Assembly (NCBI GenBank): GCA_045047115.1
Contig: JASFYR010000008.1
Span: 77,278 to 141,277 of the forward strand
Direction of reading: 5' to 3'
Source: Sulfurospirillum sp.
Lineage (GTDB): Bacteria > Campylobacterota > Campylobacteria > Campylobacterales > Sulfurospirillaceae
Length of the DNA: 64,000 nucleotides
Below, piece after piece: positions 19,943-29,863 of this stretch. How positions within the stretch are numbered: position 1 is the first letter of the stretch; every line of letters starts with the position of its first letter. The notes below the pieces were generated by a model. It was not told where the DNA came from, did no database searches, and saw nothing but the letters and a program-made list of their open reading frames with translations. A program made the position numbers and the translations under genes.

Positions 19943-20356
19943 ATGCTTGTATATACTGTCGGTACTTTTGATTTGTTGCATGTAGGACATTTGGCTTTGT
20001 TGGAGTTTTGTAAAACTTTGGGGGACACTTTTGTCGTGGGTGTGGCTTCTGATGAAGTGGTAAATTCATATAAACCAAATGTTCCGGTTATCCCGTTAGA
20101 GCAAAGAATGGAGATGCTTAAAGCCCTTAAATGTGTTGATGATGTACGAGCATATCATAAGCTTGAGTATGTGTCGGCCTGTAAAGAGTTGGATGTTGAC
20201 ATTTTTGTAATTGGAGAGGATTGGGGAGATAAACCACACAATAAAGAAGTGGAACAATACCTTAAATCAAAAGGAAAAAAAATAGTTCAAGTTAGCTATG
20301 ACCCAAAAACCTCGTCTACAAAAATAAAACAAAAGGTTGTAAATCAACCCAGGTGA
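19943..20356 (+). CDS. Cytidylyltransferase (TagD/glycerol-3-phosphate CTase-like)
   Basis: GTFDLLHVGH (HxGH), VGVASDE, RMEML, GEDW, SSTKIK. Confidence 0.9.
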   Translation: MLVYTVGTFDLLHVGHLALLEFCKTLGDTFVVGVASDEVVNSYKPNVPVIPLEQRMEMLKALKCVDDVRAYHKLEYVSACKELDVDIFVIGEDWGDKPHNKEVEQYLKSKGKKIVQVSYDPKTSSTKIKQKVVNQPR

Positions 20357-20415
20357 ATACCTTAAGTGGAATTTCACTATAATCTCTTTTAAAAATTTAT
20401 TTTAGGAGAAAACAG

Positions 20416-22437
20416 ATGAAATGTCCAAGAGGATTCCGTGGCAACTACTTTTCGCTTGCTGCTATACTTGCTTTTAGTGCGAGTGCGACTCTGGCTGGCA
20501 CAACTGCTAGCTACAATGATTCGTCATCAAACTTGCAAAAACAAGATGAGTATACTCAAAGCGAAGAGGAGACCCCGCCACAAAACGAACAGCCCATAGT
20601 TGTCATATCTAAGAAGATAAAAGTTGATGAAGCCCGTGCGCCCTTTGCGTCCGAAGTTTATACCCAGGTCAGGATCAAAAAATCTCATGCAAAAAATCTC
20701 TACGAATTTTTAAATACCCAAACATCTATTACAACACTGCCTGGCTTTGGAAACAAATTTTCACAAAAGATTGATTTTCGCGGATATGGAAGTGGAAATG
20801 GATATGAAAATATAGTCATAACGCTTGATGGCAGAAGATTGAACAATATAGATATGATGCCGCAACTTCTCTCATCTATACCAATAGACAGTGTTAAGAG
20901 GATTGAGATTATCAAAGGCTCAGGTTCAGTCGAGTATGGAGACGGAGCAAATGCAGGAGTGATAAATATAATCACAAAAAAGGGATACAACGGAGCAAAA
21001 ATCAAGACATATTTTGGTAGCAATGGAGTAAAATTTGGCTCACTTGGGCTTGGTATCAAAAGAGAGAAGTTTACACTCAGTGGATATGTAGACGGATATC
21101 AGGGTGATGGCGAAAAAGTGATAGCAAGCGACGGCACTAAGGATAACAGCTGGAACAGAAACAGAGCTATAAAAGGGACATTTACTCCCATCAAAAATTT
21201 AACATTTAATTTAGGAAAGACTTTCTCGAAGATGAAGTTAAAGTATGCAAATGCCTTAACTCTCACTCAGTATGAAACAGATGTGTTTACGATACCGAAT
21301 CCATCCTGGGGAGTACCATACAGTGAGCAATACTTCTCCTCAGATATGCTTACTTATGGTGTCAAATATAAGATTTCACCAAAATTTACACTTACTTTAC
21401 AAGGTAGTGATGAGGATAAAACAAGTGATTTTATCACTTATAACTCACGAAATGATTATGATTATAAAAGCTACAATGCAAGATTGAATTACAGCGACAA
21501 AGATTTAAAAGCTGTTTTTGGAGTACAAAAATTTGCCGGACAGAGATATAATTCTACTAAATCCACAGACAAGGACAATCTGGGCTACTATGCAAAATTT
21601 GACTATGCATTTGGTAAAAATCTCGTATCTTTTGGCATAAGAGGAGAGAGTATAAAATATAAATACACAACAGCTTCAACCAATCTGTCTGATAGAGCTT
21701 ATATGGAAGCTTATGATTTGGGGTATAACTACAAACTAAACTCAATATCGTCTCTGTTTTTAAATCTCAATCAATCCTTTCAATCCCCGGATATCGACAG
21801 ATTTTTTAATGCCTTTACAAATACATTCAACGGTTTTATAAAACCTATGCGAGTAAGAACCGTAAATGCAGGATATAATTATCTGGGGTATCCTAATAAG
21901 CTCAAATTTTCCGCTTTTTACAGTTATATTGATAATGAGATATACTACAACTCTCTTACTTGGACAAATACAAACCTGGATAAAACACGAAAATATGGTT
22001 TTGAATTATATGACAGATACAACTTCAGATACAACCTCTTTGCAACACTAAATTATGCCTTTGTAGATACAAATATAAGAGAAAATTCAAGTGATCCAAG
22101 TATCGTTGGTAGAGAAATTCCCGGAGTCTCAAAACACAATGTTAAACTCTCTTTGGGCTATAAGCCGATGTATGGAGTATCTCTGGCTTTAACACACATT
22201 TATAAATCAAAAGCTTATGCTATGAGTGATTTTGATGGTAGTTTTGGTAAAATGGATGCTTACAACTCTACAGATCTTATGGCTAGCTACAAGTATAAAA
22301 AGTTTGATTTTTTTGTGAAAATAAACAATCTTTTTGACAGAAAAAATGCTCTTTTTGCCGATAATGGTTTTAGCATAGGCGTTTATCCGGTCAATTATGA
22401 GAGAAATTTTATGATAGGAGCTAATGCCAAGTTTTGA
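20416..22437 (+). CDS. TonB-dependent outer-membrane receptor
   Basis: Signal peptide, plug motif RIEIIKGSGSVEYGDGANAGVINIITKK, NNLFDR, terminal Phe. Confidence 0.92.
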   Translation: MKCPRGFRGNYFSLAAILAFSASATLAGTTASYNDSSSNLQKQDEYTQSEEETPPQNEQPIVVISKKIKVDEARAPFASEVYTQVRIKKSHAKNLYEFLNTQTSITTLPGFGNKFSQKIDFRGYGSGNGYENIVITLDGRRLNNIDMMPQLLSSIPIDSVKRIEIIKGSGSVEYGDGANAGVINIITKKGYNGAKIKTYFGSNGVKFGSLGLGIKREKFTLSGYVDGYQGDGEKVIASDGTKDNSWNRNRAIKGTFTPIKNLTFNLGKTFSKMKLKYANALTLTQYETDVFTIPNPSWGVPYSEQYFSSDMLTYGVKYKISPKFTLTLQGSDEDKTSDFITYNSRNDYDYKSYNARLNYSDKDLKAVFGVQKFAGQRYNSTKSTDKDNLGYYAKFDYAFGKNLVSFGIRGESIKYKYTTASTNLSDRAYMEAYDLGYNYKLNSISSLFLNLNQSFQSPDIDRFFNAFTNTFNGFIKPMRVRTVNAGYNYLGYPNKLKFSAFYSYIDNEIYYNSLTWTNTNLDKTRKYGFELYDRYNFRYNLFATLNYAFVDTNIRENSSDPSIVGREIPGVSKHNVKLSLGYKPMYGVSLALTHIYKSKAYAMSDFDGSFGKMDAYNSTDLMASYKYKKFDFFVKINNLFDRKNALFADNGFSIGVYPVNYERNFMIGANAKF

Positions 22438-23006
22438 GAACTCTGCATATAAAACCATATCTTTGTTATAAGTTTTTAAATTCTCTTTTTTTGGGGCTTG
22501 GTGTGGGGAGTATATTTGTCTTGTATACTCCACTGCAACCCTCCGTATTTTCTCTCGGTGGAATTTTTCTAGCTGTTTCTATGTTGGTTTTGGCAAAATT
22601 TTACAGTAAGATTATGAATATAGAGGCATTTTTTTATATTACACTTCTTGTTGAAGTGGTGGTTTTGCTCTTTGTCTCGTTTTTTTTGCTCTTTAACTAC
22701 TCTTATGTAACAGCACTTTTAGTCTATTTGGGCTATCAAGTTACTTTTATATTTGGAAGTTATCTGGTGAGAATGGAGACTATCGCTTTGAAAAAAACGA
22801 TCCTTATCTCTGCAGCAGATGTTGTGAAGCAAAAGGGTTATCTGACCGGTTTGGTGTTTTCATATCTCTTTTATAAGATTTTGGACTATATAGGCGTAAG
22901 TGATAAGCAGATACAGGTATATGATCTGCACATCGGACTTTTGCTTTTAGAGATAGTAATCATATTTACTATTTTTCGCTCTTTTAAAAGCTATTTGTGG
23001 GTATGA
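22434..23006 (+). CDS. Hypothetical multi-pass membrane protein
   Basis: TTG start overlapping the receptor stop; about 6 hydrophobic segments. Confidence 0.7.
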   Translation: MRTLHIKPYLCYKFLNSLFLGLGVGSIFVLYTPLQPSVFSLGGIFLAVSMLVLAKFYSKIMNIEAFFYITLLVEVVVLLFVSFFLLFNYSYVTALLVYLGYQVTFIFGSYLVRMETIALKKTILISAADVVKQKGYLTGLVFSYLFYKILDYIGVSDKQIQVYDLHIGLLLLEIVIIFTIFRSFKSYLWV

Positions 23007-23038
23007 AAATCATAAAAATAGTTCTGCAATCTTGTTTG

Positions 23039-23647
23039 TCAGTTAAGTCTGTTCGTCCTTTTTTTGAGTAGATAGTATATGATACCAATGATAGATATAA
23101 AAGAGAAGAGTATGAGTAAAATAATATGCAGATACTCTTTTATCAAAATTTGATTTTCACCTATAAAATAGCCCAAAAGTGTGAGTATTGTCACCCATAA
23201 GCCAGCTCCTAATGCAGTGTAAAAAACGAAAAATTTTAGATTCATTCTACCCAATCCTGCGGGTAGCGAGATGTATTGTCTAACCCCGGGGATTAGTCTT
23301 CCGATAAAGGTGGAGATATTACCGTATTTCTTGAAAAATTGTTCTATTTTATCTAATTTTTGTTCGCTCATAAAGAAGTATTTTCCATATTTTACAATTA
23401 AAGCACGACCAAGTCTAAGTGCTAGGTAGTAATTAAAAAGTGCCCCTAAAACACCACCAAATACCCCTGAAAATATAGCTATATAGATATCCATATCGCC
23501 TTTAGATGCAAGATAACCAGCAGGAATCATAACAACCTCACTTGGAAAAGGGAAAAAAGAGCTTTCTAAAAACATCATAATAATAATGCCTAAATAGCCC
23601 AAGTCGCTTACCATATTTACGATAGTGTTTATAACTTGATTTAACAT
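23039..23647 (-). CDS. DedA family membrane protein
   Basis: [28 protein letters not shown]. Confidence 0.92.
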   Translation of the reverse strand: MLNQVINTIVNMVSDLGYLGIIIMMFLESSFFPFPSEVVMIPAGYLASKGDMDIYIAIFSGVFGGVLGALFNYYLALRLGRALIVKYGKYFFMSEQKLDKIEQFFKKYGNISTFIGRLIPGVRQYISLPAGLGRMNLKFFVFYTALGAGLWVTILTLLGYFIGENQILIKEYLHIILLILFSFISIIGIIYYLLKKRTNRLN

Positions 23648-23902
23648 TTAAATTACTCGTTAACTAAAAATTTTTCTGAAATTCTACCATAAAGTCAAAA
23701 AAGTATATTTCAATTTTTGTCGCACTGGTTTTTAGCTGTATTTAGAGTTGAGGTGCTTATGGTTGGAACAATCAATACATAAAAGAATCTTTTTATATAC
23801 TGGCCTTTTTATCATTAGACTTCTTGTACAAGTCTTTTAAAAAAGGCTGTACGAAAAGCCTATTGTACAAAACAAGACCAAATATGTCAATAGATGATTT
23901 AT

Positions 23903-23931
23903 AACAGCAGGGGGTTTATCCCCTGCTTGTT
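23903..23931 (-). terminator. Probable intrinsic terminator of the mbx operon
   Basis: GCAGGGG-GTTTAT-CCCCTGC GC-rich stem about 20 nt downstream of the last operon gene. Confidence 0.6.
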
Positions 23932-23950
23932 GAAGGATGGTTATAAATTG

Positions 23951-24421
23951 TTATAGATTTTTAAGTGTTCGCTCAAAGTCTCCGGCTATCTCTTCGCCTG
24001 CTTTATCTATGTCGCTGGTTGTGACATCTATCCAGTGGATAAAAAGTGTATCATCCCTTATATCCATAGTGATAGTTCCGGGAGTCAAGGTTATACTGTT
24101 TGCAAGCATCAGTTTTTTATAGTTCTCTTTAAGATCTGTTTTTATCGCAACGATACCTGGGTTTATAGGGAGTTTTGGGTCGATTACTCTTTTTGCCACA
24201 TCCCAGTTTGCCAAAATCAAAGCTTTTAAAAATGTTACCAGATATATGATATATGCAATTGGTCTAAATCTAAACTTATCACTACTTTCATAATTTTTTA
24301 CATAGAGCAGGGCGATAATGAAAGAGACAACAAAGCCGGTGATTAGCTCTTGAGAACTAAAGCTCATGGTGAGTCCCATCCAAATTAAAAATAAAAACAC
24401 TGTCCAAAATATAAGTCTCAT
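23951..24421 (-). CDS. mbxA: Mrp-Mbx subunit A (MnhE/MrpE-like)
   Basis: ANWDVAKRV, INPGIV, LANSITLTPGT, LFIHWI; ATG 24421 overlaps the mbxN stop, GGAGG RBS. Confidence 0.88.
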   Translation of the reverse strand: MRLIFWTVFLFLIWMGLTMSFSSQELITGFVVSFIIALLYVKNYESSDKFRFRPIAYIIYLVTFLKALILANWDVAKRVIDPKLPINPGIVAIKTDLKENYKKLMLANSITLTPGTITMDIRDDTLFIHWIDVTTSDIDKAGEEIAGDFERTLKNL

Positions 24422-24828
24422 TTTACCTCCTCTGCGATATTTTTTTGGTTTATAGGCATATACAAAAAATTGTCCGCACAAGAGTCAGCATGTATGCAGA
24501 TATTGTCCAGTTTTAGCGAACCAGGAGGGCATACATCTGTGCAAAGTGAACACCAGCAACATCTTCCATAGTCGATTCTTGGGATACAGCCGCTTGTATT
24601 TTTTATATTGTACTCTTTATCAGGATGTATCATATCTATCGCTTCATTCATACAAACCTCTTGACAGTTTGCACAACCGATGCAGGCTTCAAGGTCGTTT
24701 ATATGAAAACCTCTGTAGCCTTTTGGTATATCTTTTTTTACTGCAGGATAAGTTACGGTCTTAGGATGTTCAAACAGAGTTCCTATCGCACTAAGTGGCG
24801 ATAAAACACCTTTTATATCTATAGCCAT
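24418..24828 (-). CDS. mbxN: Mrp-Mbx 2x[4Fe-4S] subunit N (NuoI-like)
   Basis: YRGFH, CIGCANCQEVC and IDYGRCCWCSLCTDVCP. Confidence 0.88.
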   Translation of the reverse strand: MAIDIKGVLSPLSAIGTLFEHPKTVTYPAVKKDIPKGYRGFHINDLEACIGCANCQEVCMNEAIDMIHPDKEYNIKNTSGCIPRIDYGRCCWCSLCTDVCPPGSLKLDNICIHADSCADNFLYMPINQKNIAEEVK

Positions 24829-24838
24829 TTTATCTCCT

Positions 24839-25951
24839 TTATCTCTCTATCTCAGGTGGACATATGCCAAGTGAGTTCATAGTCATCGCTACATCTGCAA
24901 GTTGTGAATCCACAAGCAGTTTTTCAAGCAAAGTATATGCATGTATCAGTGAAGGGCCCCGTACTTGCATTCTTCTTATTTTTTCACTTCCGTCACCTGC
25001 CATATAGTAGCTCATAGCCCCTCTGGCGCTCTCTGTTTGTACATAGGTGTCATCTTTTGGGAGTTTGAATTTTCTGTGTTTTGGAATTTTTTGTAAAATC
25101 TCTCCCTCTTTTGGCATCTGCTCTATAATCTGTCTTAAGATTCTGATTGATTGGATTATCTCATCTCTTCTTACAAGCGCCCTGGCATAGACATCTCCAT
25201 CGCTCTGTGTCGGTATATCAAATTCTAATTTATCATACATAAGGTAGGGTATATCTCTTCTTACATCTTTTTTGATTCCGCAAGCTCTCATGGTTTGACC
25301 TACATATCCGTTCTTTAAGACTTCATCTTTGTTTACTGCGCCAACACCTATGGCTCTTTGTTTAAAAATAACATTATCAAAAAATGTATTGTTGTAGACT
25401 ATGATTCTTTTTTCATAATAATCAAGCAACTCTGAGAGTCTGTCTAAAAATCCGTCTGGTAAATCTCTTCTGACTCCACCTGGAAATGCGTACATATGAT
25501 ACACTCTTCCTCCTGTGAGTTCTTCAAAAAGATCCAGCATATAGTCTCTGTCGCAAACTGACCATTGAGGTATGAGACCGAGTCCTATGGAGCCTGCTTG
25601 CCCGCCCATCCATAAAAACTGAGTTGCTAGTCTTTGCATCTCCAAAACCATGGTTCTTATGTATTTTGCTTTTTCGCTTATTTCTAATCCTGCGAGATTT
25701 TCAACTGCTCTTGCAAAGTTTTCTTCGTTTGGATCCGGTTCGGGAACGCAGATCCTGCAAACTATCGTAAAAGCCTGTACCACAGTCCTTCTCTCTATCA
25801 GTTTTTCAAAACCCCTATGAAGATAGCCGACATGAGTTTGGGCTTTTTTTATGGTTTCACCAATCAAATCAAGCTCTACACTCATATTTCCCGTGATGCC
25901 AGGGTGTTGAGGTCCGTGAAAGATTTTTACCATTTTTTCATTTTCAGTCAT
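24839..25951 (-). CDS. mbxL: Mrp-Mbx catalytic subunit L (NuoD-like, no NiFe site)
   Basis: GPQHPG, GYLHRGFEKL, RICVPE and C-terminal CPPEIER; lacks the paired CxxC NiFe ligands. Confidence 0.88.
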   Translation of the reverse strand: MTENEKMVKIFHGPQHPGITGNMSVELDLIGETIKKAQTHVGYLHRGFEKLIERRTVVQAFTIVCRICVPEPDPNEENFARAVENLAGLEISEKAKYIRTMVLEMQRLATQFLWMGGQAGSIGLGLIPQWSVCDRDYMLDLFEELTGGRVYHMYAFPGGVRRDLPDGFLDRLSELLDYYEKRIIVYNNTFFDNVIFKQRAIGVGAVNKDEVLKNGYVGQTMRACGIKKDVRRDIPYLMYDKLEFDIPTQSDGDVYARALVRRDEIIQSIRILRQIIEQMPKEGEILQKIPKHRKFKLPKDDTYVQTESARGAMSYYMAGDGSEKIRRMQVRGPSLIHAYTLLEKLLVDSQLADVAMTMNSLGICPPEIER

Positions 25952-26552
25952 TTTTTTCTACCTCATCACTTAGGTTGTTTTCCACTTGCGTATCTACTTT
26001 GACCTTTGCTTCTTGTTCGGCTTTTAGTTTTGCTGCTTTTTTAGCCTCTCTCTTCTTTTTCATCTCCACTTTTGCATCAAGCCCGTCATCTCTTTGTCCA
26101 CGAAACGGATTCATACTGTTTACATACTCAAGCGTATCAAAATCCCTTCTCATAGGCGGTATATTCTCCCAGTGCTCCAGTGCAAAGTCTATGAGGCTTG
26201 GGTGAGTAGGAAAATCAACACCAAACATTTCATGCATCTCTCTCTCCATTATCTCCGCTTGAGGCCAAAAAGTGTGCATTGACGGTAGTGTTGCATTTTC
26301 TCTTTGTATATTAGTTTGTACCATTACTATGTGATCTCTGTTTTGTGTTTGTAAACAGTATGTGATAGTGAAAAACCCGTCTTCTATATCGTCTCGACAA
26401 TTTATGGAGTCAAGTGTTATATATCCATACTCGTTTAAAAATCTCAACAACAGCGACTCTAACTGTTGGGCATCTATATTTACTTTATAGAGATAGTCAT
26501 TTTTTGGTATAAGTTCAAGTGAGAGTTTTTCCAATTTTGAAGCTAAATCCAT
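25944..26552 (-). CDS. mbxK: Mrp-Mbx subunit K (NuoC-like)
   Basis: WPQAEIMEREMHEMFGVDF, LEHW..IPPMRRDFDT; ATG 26552 overlaps the mbxJ stop. Confidence 0.85.
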   Translation of the reverse strand: MDLASKLEKLSLELIPKNDYLYKVNIDAQQLESLLLRFLNEYGYITLDSINCRDDIEDGFFTITYCLQTQNRDHIVMVQTNIQRENATLPSMHTFWPQAEIMEREMHEMFGVDFPTHPSLIDFALEHWENIPPMRRDFDTLEYVNSMNPFRGQRDDGLDAKVEMKKKREAKKAAKLKAEQEAKVKVDTQVENNLSDEVEKND

Positions 26553-27187
26553 TATGCAATTCCTCCGCCGTTTAAATTGTACCAATCAGTCTCATAGGCC
26601 GGGTCGATATGTCCTCCCAAGACTCTTTTTTGGTTGTTTTTATAAAATTCCAAATTTTCATCATATTTTTGCCAACCGGCTTTTTCACCGTTTTTTATCT
26701 TCTCTTGAAGAAGGACAAATCCCTCTATTACTGACTCTGGGCGAGGCATACAGCCTGGTACCAAAACATCTACTGGTAGATAGTCATCCAGTTTTTTAAT
26801 AGTATTGTAAGAGTCCCAGTACATTCCGCCGTTTATCGGACAACTTCCAAGCGTGATGATATACTTTGGTCTTTGCATCTGCTCATATGTTCTTATAACT
26901 CTTCTTAGAGTTTTATATGCAAGATAACCTGAAAGTATGATCAAGTCAGCCTGCCTTGGCGTGGCAACTCCTACTACGCCCATTCTCTCAGCATCATACC
27001 TGCTTGTGAAGGTAGGAGGCATTTCGATAGCTCCACATCCTGTGCCGTAAGCCACTACAAATATGCTTCTGCTTTGAAACCATTTTACAGCCTTTTCCAT
27101 AACAGAGTGAGTGTTTACCACTCCGCTCTCTTCTAATTTACATTTCAAACTTCCATCTAAATCGCAACCGTGAAAACCACTCTCCAT
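26552..27187 (-). CDS. mbxJ: Mrp-Mbx [4Fe-4S] subunit J (NuoB-like)
   Basis: TGCGAIEMPP, RYDAERMG, GSCPINGGMYWDSY, PGCMPRPE; start 27187 or 27205. Confidence 0.88.
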   Translation of the reverse strand: MESGFHGCDLDGSLKCKLEESGVVNTHSVMEKAVKWFQSRSIFVVAYGTGCGAIEMPPTFTSRYDAERMGVVGVATPRQADLIILSGYLAYKTLRRVIRTYEQMQRPKYIITLGSCPINGGMYWDSYNTIKKLDDYLPVDVLVPGCMPRPESVIEGFVLLQEKIKNGEKAGWQKYDENLEFYKNNQKRVLGGHIDPAYETDWYNLNGGGIA

Positions 27188-27197
27188 CTTATCCCCT

Positions 27198-28094
27198 TTA
27201 CCCAAACCAAACTACTCTAATCAGTCCTGTGACTGCGATTAGAGTTGGTATTTTCATCAAAAAATCAACAGCCTGCTCTACCTTGTATCTTCCGTAAACT
27301 ATACCTATGAAGATAATGGATACAAATATAGCAAGAGTTTTTAGCACCAACATATATAAAGAGTCAGCTCCGCCTAAAAACAGATCAACTATCAAAACCA
27401 GCTTTGCAAAAGCAAAGATAGAGCCCTGAGACATCAAAAGTGCTAAAAATTTGCCACTAAATTCCGTCCTTGGACCGGAATACACCTCTTGAGGAGCTCC
27501 TGGTATATCAAAAGGTGACTCTCCAAAAAAACCAACCATTGAAATCATAGCCGCTATAAAAAGAAGAGGGTGGTTTACTATGTTTAAACCCTGGATTCGC
27601 TGCATATCTATGATGTGGACTATATCACTACTGTTTGCTGCGATGATGAGCCCTACTATCGCTATATAAAAAGGCAGTTCCAGGCCTATGAGTCTTGTTA
27701 AGCCTCTAACAACACCCATGACCCCAAAAGGGTTTCCACCGGTTCCAACTGCAAGGGCATTTCCAAGAGGTCCTAAAACCATTAGATATAGAAGCACAAA
27801 GAGATTTCCTTGTGAATTTACAGCTCTTAGAAACCCGCTTTGTGTAAATACGGGTACAAAAAGAAGTGTCAAAACTGCTCCGGTTGCCATGATGATTGGT
27901 CCCAGATAGAACATCCAGCCATAACTTATAGAGTCTTTTTTTGAAAAGAGTTTTATACTGTCATAAAATGACTGGTATATCGTAGGTCCATATCTGCCTT
28001 GAATCCTTGCAGTTATATTTCGGTATAGTCCAAAGTATATGAAGCCGACTACATAAGCTAGCATGATCAGTAAAATTATTTGAAAAATCATCAA
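27198..28094 (-). CDS. mbxM: Mrp-Mbx subunit M (NuoH-like)
   Basis: ARIQGRYGP..YQ...D..KL, PFDIPGAPQEVYSGP.TEFSG. Confidence 0.87.
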   Translation of the reverse strand: MMIFQIILLIMLAYVVGFIYFGLYRNITARIQGRYGPTIYQSFYDSIKLFSKKDSISYGWMFYLGPIIMATGAVLTLLFVPVFTQSGFLRAVNSQGNLFVLLYLMVLGPLGNALAVGTGGNPFGVMGVVRGLTRLIGLELPFYIAIVGLIIAANSSDIVHIIDMQRIQGLNIVNHPLLFIAAMISMVGFFGESPFDIPGAPQEVYSGPRTEFSGKFLALLMSQGSIFAFAKLVLIVDLFLGGADSLYMLVLKTLAIFVSIIFIGIVYGRYKVEQAVDFLMKIPTLIAVTGLIRVVWFG

Positions 28095-29863
28095 TTGACT
28101 CCTGTAAAAAATAGTGCACTAAAGAAGAGCAGGATTATAAGCATTGTATTGTGGATATTTCCATAGTACATTCGGCTAAAGAGCTCAGATGTCCTTTTGG
28201 TTTGTGTTGCTAACGATTCATAAAAGCCTGTTGTGCTTCTTTTTAGTATGGCATTTACAAATTTGATTCTATATAAATCAGTACCAAAACCATACCCGAA
28301 GTGTAGCGGGGTATCACTTGAGGGGACTTCACCACAATAACTTATGTCAAATCTGTTTATATTTTTTTTTGCTTTAGAGTTTACTTTCCAGACAAGAAGC
28401 AAGATAACAATAAATACAATAACAAACGCACTCATGATAAAAAATCCATCAAAATTGCCAACTGCACTGTGTAAAACTCCAATTCCGTCATATGGTATAA
28501 GTGGAAGCATAAATTCCTTTAAGATAGGGTTTATCACCTCTACAAATACTCCCGGGAATGTTCCTGTTCCTATTAAAAGCAGAGCCAAGATAATCTGGGG
28601 AATCAAATAGCTAAGGGGTACCTCTTTTGTGCTTTCCAAATTCTTAGAAGTAGGGTGTCCTAAATAGATACCGTAAACAAGCTTATAACAATACAGAAAT
28701 GATGCAGCACCGGAAAAAAGCATACCTATAAGAATAAGAGCAAATTTTGTGTTGATTGCTGCGTTATAGAGTAGAAATTTTGAAGCAAAACCACCAAGTG
28801 GAGGCATGCCTGCAAGTCCGATGATACCGATAAGCAACATCACAAAAGAGACAGGAGTTCTATATATCAATCCGCCTAACTCACTAAATCTGTTTTTGCC
28901 GGTTTGCGCTACAATAGCAGCTACATTTATAAATAGCAACAACTTAATGATAGTATGAATCAAAGTATGGTACAAGGCTCCTGCAACTCCATAAGTTGTG
29001 CCAAAGCCGATAACGGCTATGATATAACCTAGTTGTGCGATAGATGAGTATGCAAGCAGTCTTTTGACTTCATCTTGTGTGATGGCTTTGAAAGTGGCTA
29101 TGATGGAGGTAGCAACTCCTATCCAGGCCAAAGTGTATCCAAAGTCAGTTCCGTTTAGTATGACCCCAAAGATCTCTTTTAACTGAGTGTATCCTACGAT
29201 ATTTCCATATATCAAAAGTAGTCCGTATATGCCCATTTTCGACATAACGGCAGAGAGGATGGAGCTAAAGAGATCCGGTGATTTGGAGTATGTGTCAACC
29301 ACCCAGTAGTGCAAGCCTATAACGCCGGCTTTTATAAAAAAGCTTAGTGAGAAGAGCACTATGAGGGTTACTTTTATATTCAGAGGCATCGAGCCAAAGG
29401 CGCTTGAGACCGTAGAAAAATCAAATGAGTTTGCAAAAGAGTATGCGATCACCATACCTGCTATCAAAGAGAAAGCCGATGTAAGTGAGAAAAGTATATA
29501 CTTTTGCAAAGTTTTTGTATCTATATTTTTTGATTTTGAGATTAGAAAGTAACTACTCCAAGTCATAATCTCCCAGCCGATAAAAAATGTGATAAAATCA
29601 CCTGCCATCACTATAACAAACATGGCTATCGAGAGTAAAAATTGCAATACATAATAATTGCAGGAGAGTTTTTTACTCTTCTGGGCTATCGTAACAAGTA
29701 AAAATGAGATCAAACTCAAGTATGCAAAGAATGTACCAAGTGGAGTCTGCGTAAGGCTTAGTGTAAAGCCGGGTGCAAAATTTAGCTCTATATGCAGAGC
29801 TCCTCCAAACTGGTACAAAAACAGTATAGGCAGTAAGTTCAAAAGTAAAAAGATCGAATTCAT
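28091..29863 (-). CDS. mbxH': Mrp-Mbx antiporter-like subunit H' (MrpA/D, NuoL/M/N family)
   Basis: FFIGWEIM, KAGVIGLHYW, LAYSSIAQLGY, GMPPLGGFASK. Confidence 0.85.
   Translation of the reverse strand: MNSIFLLLNLLPILFLYQFGGALHIELNFAPGFTLSLTQTPLGTFFAYLSLISFLLVTIAQKSKKLSCNYYVLQFLLSIAMFVIVMAGDFITFFIGWEIMTWSSYFLISKSKNIDTKTLQKYILFSLTSAFSLIAGMVIAYSFANSFDFSTVSSAFGSMPLNIKVTLIVLFSLSFFIKAGVIGLHYWVVDTYSKSPDLFSSILSAVMSKMGIYGLLLIYGNIVGYTQLKEIFGVILNGTDFGYTLAWIGVATSIIATFKAITQDEVKRLLAYSSIAQLGYIIAVIGFGTTYGVAGALYHTLIHTIIKLLLFINVAAIVAQTGKNRFSELGGLIYRTPVSFVMLLIGIIGLAGMPPLGGFASKFLLYNAAINTKFALILIGMLFSGAASFLYCYKLVYGIYLGHPTSKNLESTKEVPLSYLIPQIILALLLIGTGTFPGVFVEVINPILKEFMLPLIPYDGIGVLHSAVGNFDGFFIMSAFVIVFIVILLLVWKVNSKAKKNINRFDISYCGEVPSSDTPLHFGYGFGTDLYRIKFVNAILKRSTTGFYESLATQTKRTSELFSRMYYGNIHNTMLIILLFFSALFFTGVN

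Noticed and set aside
20357..20415. Cobalamin riboswitch before the TonB receptor (also checked before metH)
   Set aside because: Leaders are too short and have no B12-box-like sequence
24839..27187. [NiFe] group 4 hydrogenase or canonical complex I
   Set aside because: The large subunit lacks the N- and C-terminal CxxC nickel ligands; there is no NuoA/J/G; a full Mrp module is present
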